DNA of 63,332 nt, filler included. It is 4 parts of 4 records of this genome, joined end to end, with 100 filler letters (N's around TTAATTAATTAA, not from the genome) between each part and the next. Parts side by side here need not be neighbours in the genome. Positions count along the whole stretch, not along the records: positions 32,886 to 58,167 come from SRR20825019_548; positions 58,268 to 63,332 come from SRR20825019_803; 2 more parts are not named here. One strand, written 5' to 3'. Position numbers and translations under genes: made by a program. Below are positions 56,402-63,332 of this stretch, piece after piece (position 1 is the first letter of the stretch; each line of letters begins with the position of its first letter). The notes beneath the pieces were generated by a model. That model ran no database searches, was not told the origin of the DNA, and saw nothing but the letters and a program-made list of their open reading frames with translations.

Positions 56402-56631
56402 TGTTTTTATTTAATTGAACATAACTTGTTTATAGGCAAAACCTTTATGAACATACATTTCCAAAATTGTTGGCTATACCCAGGTTTCGCCACATACAAA
56501 GCACAGCTTTCTTATCGTTCAACAAAGTTTTGGGGGAGATAACCCTAAATGTAAGAATTTTCTAGAAATCCTATGATTTTTCAATATTTCTGCAAAGTTT
56601 CAACTTTCAACAGGCCAGTTTATGTCTGACA

Positions 56632-57381
56632 TTAGAAATTTGTGTGCCCCCCTGGTGGTGGAGGTGCTGTCAACCTGTGTTCTACATTGTTAATCACTTC
56701 AATTGTATGGTCAATATATCTTCGGGGACTACCCGAAACGTTGTTTTGAAAATTTTTGATTTTACTCCTTAATTTGTCAAAATCCGTCAAGGGCTGGTCA
56801 GTTTCTATAAACCAAAGAAGGTTAAAATGTGATATTGTTCCACATTTCAAAGGTGTTTTGTATTCATCTAAAATTAAACCACTTAAACTCTGCTCTAAAT
56901 GGTCTTTATAAAATTTTTCAATTGAATTATGAGCAACAATGCCAAAATAATTCACCTCTTCTTCTAGCAAATATGCATCAATTATGGGCTGACCAAAATA
57001 AATTTGACTTGACTTGTTTAAACTAACTTCTCCATAGGCCAAGGCTCCTTTTAGTGGAATAGATTTGTCAATAGCTCCAGAAAACAACCTTTTTACACCA
57101 AATGTGAATAAATCAAAATCTTCAACTGTATTACTTTTAGAAAACACAACTATTGAGTCCGAAAAACTTACGGTATATAGTTCAGCATTCGCGTATCTAC
57201 CATCACTTCTATCCTTCCAGTTATCTATTAAACTTCTTAATTTTGATATTTCCGATAGCAAGTCATATATATGAGAATGGCTATTTCTCATAACTAAATC
57301 CCTAAATCCCAATACGTCAATAAAGGCAACAAATCTTTTATCGGTAGGTAACCAGTTTGTGGTTTTTCCTTTTTCCTTCAT
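56632..57381 (-). CDS. Divergent class III nucleotide-cyclase-like protein
   Basis: FVAFIDVLGF, VSFSDSIVV (two metal-binding Asp), LKGALAYGEV, YFGQPIIDAYLLE. Confidence 0.7.
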   Translation of the reverse strand: MKEKGKTTNWLPTDKRFVAFIDVLGFRDLVMRNSHSHIYDLLSEISKLRSLIDNWKDRSDGRYANAELYTVSFSDSIVVFSKSNTVEDFDLFTFGVKRLFSGAIDKSIPLKGALAYGEVSLNKSSQIYFGQPIIDAYLLEEEVNYFGIVAHNSIEKFYKDHLEQSLSGLILDEYKTPLKCGTISHFNLLWFIETDQPLTDFDKLRSKIKNFQNNVSGSPRRYIDHTIEVINNVEHRLTAPPPPGGHTNF

Positions 57382-57589
57382 TTTATTAGTTACTAATCAT
57401 TTAATTAAATACTGAACCTATACTGTATACTTATAATTTCTCTCGCTGAGGCTCAGTTTTATTGTTTTCCAAGTAATATTAAGTCAGATTAGAATCTTTT
57501 GGGGGAGTAAATAACTTAAATGTCAGTATTATGTAAAAGAATTCTTTAAATAAGAGCATTTACGGTAATAAGAAATTTGGCGATGCATT

Positions 57590-57931
57590 TTATACTTCAG
57601 AAGATTTTCTATTTTTGAAATCTTCTACATCACTTTTTTCTAGTGAGTCATAAATTTTTGAAAAATCACTCCATTTAAATCCCATTGCTTCAATAATAAG
57701 AATCAGAGTTGTTGACTTAGGATTTGACTTGGCATTTAAAATTTTAGTGACAGTGGCCTTCCTGATATATGCATTTAGGGCAATTGTATTATGGCTATCA
57801 CCTATGGAATCATCTTTTCCCTTGGTTTGAGTATTCCATTTGCTCTTATCCAAAAGGATTCTTAAGCTAATAGCTATTTTGATTTTGATATTTTCTTCTT
57901 GGAGGGTTTTCACACATGCAATTAACTTCAA
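57590..57931 (-). CDS. XRE-like HTH regulator
   Basis: IRKATVTKILNAKSNPKSTTLILIIEAMG. Confidence 0.7.
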   Translation of the reverse strand: MKLIACVKTLQEENIKIKIAISLRILLDKSKWNTQTKGKDDSIGDSHNTIALNAYIRKATVTKILNAKSNPKSTTLILIIEAMGFKWSDFSKIYDSLEKSDVEDFKNRKSSEV

Positions 57932-57939
57932 GACAAATT

Positions 57940-57984
57940 ATTAATCGGTACGCTTGAACGTACCGATTAATTGTATTATATTTG
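57940..57984. promoter_or_regulatory. 13-bp inverted-repeat operator overlapping a Bacteroidota promoter
   Basis: ATTAATCGGTACG-cttgaa-CGTACCGATTAAT; TTG in the spacer lies 20 nt before TATATTTG (57977-57984). Confidence 0.7.
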
Positions 57985-58078
57985 AGTCGATCTCTTAATT
58001 ATAGGAGACCGTTTTTTACATTTGCGATTCTTCGTTTAGAACATATTTGAAGCTTTCGCTTGGAGTCTCAATCTGAAA

Positions 58079-58161
58079 ACTGGTAATTTTTGCAACGAGA
58101 CAATAAGCAGATGGCTCACGACCCGGGCGTGGGCTCGCTTATCGTTGCACGGTATACCAGT
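58079..58161 (+). other. Nested-stem structured element (leader RNA or oriT-like)
   Basis: ACTGGTA/TACCAGT, TGCAACG/CGTTGCA, ATAAGC/GCTTAT, GCTCACG/CGTGGGC nested pairings. Confidence 0.55.
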
Positions 58162-58167
58162 ACCTCA

Positions 58168-58267
58168 NNNNNNNNNNNNNNNNNNNNNNNNNNNNNNNNN
58201 NNNNNNNNNNNTTAATTAATTAANNNNNNNNNNNNNNNNNNNNNNNNNNNNNNNNNNNNNNNNNNNN
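58168..58267. other. Artificial contig linker
   Basis: N/TTAATTAATTAA/N spacer. Confidence 0.99.
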
Positions 58268-58295
58268 GGATGCTCGGATCAAGTCCGAGCATGAC
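58268..58295. repeat. Alphaproteobacterial REP-like palindrome
   Basis: ATGCTCGGA-TCAAG-TCCGAGCAT-GAC at contig end. Confidence 0.7.
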
Positions 58296-58400
58296 CCCTG
58301 TGAGGGTACGCCATTGAAGGTCTCAACCTGCACATCCAAGGACTCGTCAGCAGTCTGAACCGCCGTCGATGACACGGGCGGCTCAGGCAGGTCGACAGGA

Positions 58401-60008
58401 TTACTCCCGCGTCATCGCGTCCTCGATATCGTCGCCGTCATATTCCTGGCGTTCGATCTCGTGTTGCTCGTGGCGGAAGCGGTCGAAGACCTCCTGCGAC
58501 ACGCGGCCGCGGACGGCCATCAGGAAAATCACCACGGCGAACAGGGCGACCAGCACCGAATCGAGCGGGTGCGGGATGACGCCGAGACCGCCGCCATAGC
58601 CGCCGAGATAGGAGATGACGGCGATGCCGGCCATGTAGATGCCGAACCAGACCGCGCTCTTCGGCTCCAGATCCTCCCGGCCGATAACGGCGAAGCGGAG
58701 CAGGAACAGCACCGCGCCAACGGCAAGCAGCGCCAGCAGCAGCCAGATCGTGCTCCAGCCGGACCAGAAGATCATCAGGCTCGCGATCACGAAGGCGACG
58801 GCGCCGATGAAGCCCGCGGCCGGCACCACGAACGGCCGGTGCGCATTGGGCGCGAGATAGCGGAAGGCGACCATGGACACCGGGCCGGCGATGAAGGACA
58901 GCACGACGGCCGCGCTGTTCAGCGCGAGGATCTGTTGAAACGGCAGCACGATCAGCATGAACAGCGCCACAAAATAGTTCAGGATCAGCGCCCAGAGCGG
59001 AACGCCATATTCGTTCAGCTTGGCGAACAGGCGCGGAAACACGCCGTTATTGGACATAGCCAGCGCCAGACGCGCATTGGAGCCGACCGAGACGAGGCCG
59101 CTGCCGGCGGGCGAAACCACGGCCGCGACGTTCAGCATGCTGAGCAGCCACAACACGCCGACAGAGGTCGCGAGCGCGCCGAGCGGACCGAGTTCATGGG
59201 TCGACTCGATGGTCTGCCAGCCGCCCGCAAGCGAGGCCGGGTCGATGGCGCCGACAAAGGCAATCTGCAGGCCGACATAGATCGCAAGGCAGATCAGCAC
59301 CGACAGGATCAGCGCCAGAGGAATGACCCTCTGGGTGTTGCGCACCTCGCCGGCAAGATCGATCGCATGGCGGAAGCCGATGAAGGCAAAGACCACGCCG
59401 CCGGTGGAGACGGCGGCGAAGATGCCCGGAACGCCGAACGGCGCGAAACCGCCGGCAGATGTGAAGTTCGAAGGCTCGAACCGGGCCGCGACGATGACGG
59501 CGATGAACACCACCGGCACAAACAGCTTGAACCATGTCATCGCGGTATTGATGCGGGCAAACCAGGCCACGCCGAAGACATTGACGACGGTCAGCACAGC
59601 AAGAAACACCGCTGCGGCGAGATAGCCGGAAATGGTCAGGCCGCCGGTGCTGTTGGTCAGCCACGGCAGATAGGATGAGGCATAGCCGAGCGAGGCTTTC
59701 ACCTCGATCGGCGCGGTCGTGCAATAGCCGACCCAGGCGCTCCAGCCCATGGCGAGCGCAAGCAGCCGTCCGTGGGAGAATTGCGGGATGCGGGCGATGC
59801 CGCCTGCGATTGGAAACAGCGTGGAGTTTTCCGCATAAGTGAGCGCAATCAGCAGCATCGCCACCGCGCCGATCAGCCAGGCAATGATGGAGGCCGGGCC
59901 CGCAAGCTGCGCCGTCTCAAGCGGCGCAAACAGCCAGCCGGAGCCCAAAACACCGCCAACCGCGACAAAAGTCAGTCCGAGCAGCCCTATTTCGCGTCGC
60001 ATCGCCAT
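58401..60008 (-). CDS. APC-family amino acid permease
   Basis: GGVLGSGWLF, GPASIIAW, FAFIGFR...LAGE; about 14 TM. Confidence 0.92.
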   Translation of the reverse strand: MAMRREIGLLGLTFVAVGGVLGSGWLFAPLETAQLAGPASIIAWLIGAVAMLLIALTYAENSTLFPIAGGIARIPQFSHGRLLALAMGWSAWVGYCTTAPIEVKASLGYASSYLPWLTNSTGGLTISGYLAAAVFLAVLTVVNVFGVAWFARINTAMTWFKLFVPVVFIAVIVAARFEPSNFTSAGGFAPFGVPGIFAAVSTGGVVFAFIGFRHAIDLAGEVRNTQRVIPLALILSVLICLAIYVGLQIAFVGAIDPASLAGGWQTIESTHELGPLGALATSVGVLWLLSMLNVAAVVSPAGSGLVSVGSNARLALAMSNNGVFPRLFAKLNEYGVPLWALILNYFVALFMLIVLPFQQILALNSAAVVLSFIAGPVSMVAFRYLAPNAHRPFVVPAAGFIGAVAFVIASLMIFWSGWSTIWLLLALLAVGAVLFLLRFAVIGREDLEPKSAVWFGIYMAGIAVISYLGGYGGGLGVIPHPLDSVLVALFAVVIFLMAVRGRVSQEVFDRFRHEQHEIERQEYDGDDIEDAMTRE

Positions 60009-60216
60009 AGATAGTCCCCCTTAGCTCAATGCGCTTAAACGATTGCAGCCGACCACCCCTGCTGGCTTACTACAGTGAGTTTGCAATTTGCAGCTTCAAT
60101 TAATCGAACGGGCGCGAAACCGAGTCAATCGGTTTCGCGCCCGTGGCGTAAATTCGCCGACTCTGCGTCCAAATTGCAACCTGAAAAGCCAGTTTCCGGA
60201 TCGCGCCGGAACGGCT

Positions 60217-61833
60217 TCAGCCGTTGCTCGCCCTCATCCGCACCAGATCGGCCGTGGGGCGGAAACTGTCCGGGCTCGCTGCCCGCCACCAGTCGGCGTA
60301 AAGCGTCGAATCGGGGTCCTCCACCAGCACGCCTTCCGGCAGGAAGGTATGCAGCTTGTCGAGCGGCACGGCATCATGCGAGCCGACGCGATGCATGATG
60401 TGATGCGGCTGCAGGTCCTGCGGATGGGCATAGCCGCAGGCGGCGACGATCTCCGACAGCGCCTCGACGGTCTTCTTCTGGAACCGGGCCGCGTTGGCGC
60501 CCTGTTCCTCCGGCACCAGCGCGCGCTGGCGCCATTTGTCCTGGGTGGTGACACCTGTCGGACAGGTGCCGGTGTGACAGCGCTGCGCCTGGATACAGCC
60601 GACCGACATCATGAAGGCGCGCGCCGCATTGCACCAGTCGGCGCCGAGCGCGAGGTTGTGCGCCAGCCCCATGCCGGAGAATACCTTGCCGCTGGCTGCA
60701 AGGCGGACATGCTTCTTCACGCCCGCGCCCACCAGCGCGTTGCGCATGATGATCAGCCCGTCCCAGAGCGGCATGCCGACCCAGTCGGCAAGCTCCAGCG
60801 GAGCAGCCCCCGTACCGCCCTCGGCACCGTCGATGACGATGAAATCGGGGTAGATGCCGGTCGAAAGCATCGCCTTGACCAGCGCGAACGGCTCGTGCGG
60901 CTGGCCGACGCAGAACTTGATGCCGACGGGCTTGCCGCCCGAAAGATCGCGCATCCGGGCAGCGAATTCCAGCATCTGCACCGGCGTCGAAAACGCCGAA
61001 TGGCCGCGCGGCGACAGACAGTTCTCAAAGGCCGGGACGCCGCGCACATCGGCAATCTCCGGCGTCACCTTGGAGCCGAGCAGCATGCCGCCATGGCCGG
61101 GCTTGGCGCCCTGGCTCACCTTGATCTCGGTCATCTTGACCGCGTCATTGGCAGCCTTGTCGCGGAATTTCTCCGGGTCGAAATGGCCATCCTTGTCACG
61201 CGCGCCGAAATAGCCGGAACCGATTTCCCAGACCAGATCGCCGCCATGTTCGAGATGATAGCGGCTCAACCCGCCCTCGCCGGTATCCTGGTAGAACCCG
61301 CCGGTCTTCGCGCCGATATTCATCGCGCGCACGGCATTGGCCGAGAGCGCGCCAAAACTCATCGCCGAGATATTGAGGATCGACGCCGCATAGGGTTTCG
61401 ACGACTGCTCGTTGCCAACCGTCACCCGCGGCGAGCGATCCGGATCGGTATTCGGCGCCATGCTGTGGGAGATCCAGTGATGCGGATCCTCGTAGACTTC
61501 AAGTTCCGTGCCGAAGGGCACCGTGTCGGAAAGTCCGTGCGCGCGCGTTCTGATCAACTGTCGGGCGGCATAGGAATAGGGGGTGCCATGGGTGTCGTCC
61601 TCGACCGCATAGGCGCGGATGAAGGGGCGAAGCGACAGCGCCAGCCAGCGCAGCCTTCCTGCAACCGGATAGTTGCGGGTAATCGTCCACGACGACTGAA
61701 ACCAGTCATAGAAAGCAATGGCCAGCACAGGGATCGTGATCAGCAGGATCCAGAACCAGCCGGTGGCAATCGCAATAACGGTGAAAAAGGCGGCGGCGAT
61801 CGGTACGATGCACCGCATGAGCATATCCAGCAT
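60217..61833 (-). CDS. FMN-binding glutamate synthase family protein
   Basis: NISAMSFGALS, DTGEGG, EIKVSQGAKPGHGG, DGAEGGTGAAP, CIQAQRCHTGTCPTGV; GGAGG RBS before ATG 61833. Confidence 0.93.
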   Translation of the reverse strand: MLDMLMRCIVPIAAAFFTVIAIATGWFWILLITIPVLAIAFYDWFQSSWTITRNYPVAGRLRWLALSLRPFIRAYAVEDDTHGTPYSYAARQLIRTRAHGLSDTVPFGTELEVYEDPHHWISHSMAPNTDPDRSPRVTVGNEQSSKPYAASILNISAMSFGALSANAVRAMNIGAKTGGFYQDTGEGGLSRYHLEHGGDLVWEIGSGYFGARDKDGHFDPEKFRDKAANDAVKMTEIKVSQGAKPGHGGMLLGSKVTPEIADVRGVPAFENCLSPRGHSAFSTPVQMLEFAARMRDLSGGKPVGIKFCVGQPHEPFALVKAMLSTGIYPDFIVIDGAEGGTGAAPLELADWVGMPLWDGLIIMRNALVGAGVKKHVRLAASGKVFSGMGLAHNLALGADWCNAARAFMMSVGCIQAQRCHTGTCPTGVTTQDKWRQRALVPEEQGANAARFQKKTVEALSEIVAACGYAHPQDLQPHHIMHRVGSHDAVPLDKLHTFLPEGVLVEDPDSTLYADWWRAASPDSFRPTADLVRMRASNG

Positions 61834-62019
61834 GCAACCTCCCATTGTAGTAAGCCAGCGTTATCAGAATCTCTACGCTTTTGCCACCACAACTGAAAGG
61901 CCATGCAACAGGAATTCAGGAGTGGTTCCGCTTTTCTTCGAATCGCGGCTCCACTCCATCTCTTTTGTTTCAAGCGATCCCGGAGGGTGAAGCGGTTCGC
62001 TTCCCCCTCCGGCGAAAAC

Positions 62020-62952
62020 CTACCCGAACACCCGCCTCGGCCTGAACTGGCCCTCGGCGATCTCGCCGATCGCCACCAGCTTTCCGGCGACCGAGGCGTA
62101 GGCGTCCGGCTCTTCCACGGGGGCGTGGGCGCCGCGCAGGATGATCGGGTTGCCGAGCTTCAGGCGGCGGGCCTGGTCTTCGGTGACCGGCACATGCGGC
62201 AGGCTGGTAAGCGCTTCCGACGTGTCGATGAGGTATTCCTCGAGGGCTGCAAACCGCTCGGCATCATCCTCGATCTCCTCGAGCGCGGTCAGATCGGCGA
62301 GCGGCACCAGCATGTCTTCGGAAAACGGCGCCACGAAAGGGCGGCGCAGCGACGAGATATGGCCGTAGCAGCCGAAATCGCGGCCCATGTCGCGGGCAAG
62401 CGCGCGCACATAGGTGCCCTTGCCGCACTCGACCTCGAATTCCGCGGAATTTTCGTCCGGGCAGCCAAGCAGCGTCAGACGATGGATCTCGACTTCGCGG
62501 GTCGGGATATCGACGGTCTCGCCTTCGCGCGCCAGATCATAGGCGCGGTTGCCATCGATCTTGATGGCGGAAAACTGCGGCGGCACCTGTTCGATGACGC
62601 CGGTGTATTTTGCAAGCAGGGCCTCGATGTCGGCCCGCGACGGGCGCTTGTCGGAAGTTTTGCTGACCTCACCCTCCAGATCGTCCGTGGTGCGTTCCTC
62701 GCCCCAGGTGACGGTGAATTCATAGATCTTGCGACCATCCATCACATAGGGAACGGTCTTGGTTGCGTCGCCGAGCGCGATCGGCAGCATGCCGGAGGCG
62801 AGTGGATCAAGCGTACCGGCATGGCCGGCCTTCTGGGCCTTGAACAGCCATTTGATCTTGGAGACGGCCTCGGTGGAGCCGAAGTCGATCGGCTTGTCGA
62901 GGATCAGCCAGCCCGAGATCGGACGGCCCTTGGGTTTTCTCTGTCGCGCCAT
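62020..62952 (-). CDS. truB: tRNA pseudouridine(55) synthase
   Basis: [40 protein letters not shown]. Confidence 0.97.
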   Translation of the reverse strand: MARQRKPKGRPISGWLILDKPIDFGSTEAVSKIKWLFKAQKAGHAGTLDPLASGMLPIALGDATKTVPYVMDGRKIYEFTVTWGEERTTDDLEGEVSKTSDKRPSRADIEALLAKYTGVIEQVPPQFSAIKIDGNRAYDLAREGETVDIPTREVEIHRLTLLGCPDENSAEFEVECGKGTYVRALARDMGRDFGCYGHISSLRRPFVAPFSEDMLVPLADLTALEEIEDDAERFAALEEYLIDTSEALTSLPHVPVTEDQARRLKLGNPIILRGAHAPVEEPDAYASVAGKLVAIGEIAEGQFRPRRVFG

Positions 62953-62956
62953 TTTC

Positions 62957-63332
62957 TTATTCTTCGCTGTCATCGCGATCGAGATCGCGCGCCACTTCGG
63001 GCGAATGCAGAAGCTCGTCGATCTTGCGGAAGTTCTCGAAGCTGGTGTCGTCGCGGAACCTGAGTTCCGGAATGTTCTTCATCTGCCGGATTTCGCGCGT
63101 TATCCGGCCGCGCAGGAATTTCGCGTGATGATTGAGCGCCTTGACCACCGCGTCGTGGTCGGTCTGACCAAGCGGCGTGACATAGGCGGTCGCGACCTTG
63201 AGGTCCGGCGACATCCGCACTTCGGAAATGGAAATCACGGTGGTTTCGATCAGCGGGTCGAGAAGATCGCCGCGCTGCAACACCTTGGTGATGGCGGCGC
63301 GCACCTGTTCGCCAACGCGAAGCATGCGCTGG
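62957..63332 (-). CDS. rbfA: Ribosome-binding factor A (5'-truncated)
   Basis: [26 protein letters not shown]; upstream of truB. Confidence 0.95.
   Translation of the reverse strand, partial: QRMLRVGEQVRAAITKVLQRGDLLDPLIETTVISISEVRMSPDLKVATAYVTPLGQTDHDAVVKALNHHAKFLRGRITREIRQMKNIPELRFRDDTSFENFRKIDELLHSPEVARDLDRDDSEE

Larger units (their letters stand above)
32886..58167. mobile_element. tRNA-anchored Bacteroidota genomic island (right end not in contig)
   Basis: tRNA 3' end plus tyrosine integrase, then only accessory cargo (bacteriocin, regulators, R-M/defence, XRE regulator); patchy AT content. Confidence 0.7.

Noticed and set aside
58461-63063. Long plus-strand ORFs (405, 602, 386 aa)
   Set aside because: Antisense shadows of high-GC3 genes on the minus strand.

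Overview
The window is not one locus. It is four contigs joined by 100-nt N/TTAATTAATTAA/N linkers (15719-15818, 32786-32885, 58168-58267). Contigs 1-2 (1-32785) come from a gene-dense flagellated protist with ~50-nt GT-AG introns and sharply bounded GC-rich promoter islands. They carry TTLL12, a COA3-like gene, SART1, EBP2, START, CRAL-TRIO, DZIP1-like, calcyphosin-like and ARM proteins, an intronless bacterial-type glmS, a secreted (Gly-Ala)n protein and a His-rich protein with a transposase-like bipartite HTH. Contig 3 (32886-58167) is a Flavobacteriaceae-like genomic island next to a tRNA 3' end. It holds a tyrosine integrase, a two-peptide bacteriocin-like cluster (two precursors missed by the ORF track, a C39-ABC exporter and a CxxC oxidoreductase), AraC regulators, a Flavo-1-like RNA and a defence region. 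The defence region has a type I R-M system with inserted cargo, a nucleotide-cyclase-like gene, a coiled-coil/hydrophobic gene and a HEPN gene. The best lead is a 99-nt tRNA-like cloverleaf with a 43-nt extended anticodon arm. It overlaps the last five codons of the HEPN gene, just upstream of hsdM, and is a candidate RNA antitoxin/regulator. Contig 4 (58268-63332) is alphaproteobacterial: rbfA-truB, an FMN glutamate-synthase-family gene and an APC permease. All calls come from motif recognition by eye; no searches were run, and eukaryotic gene bounds are approximate.
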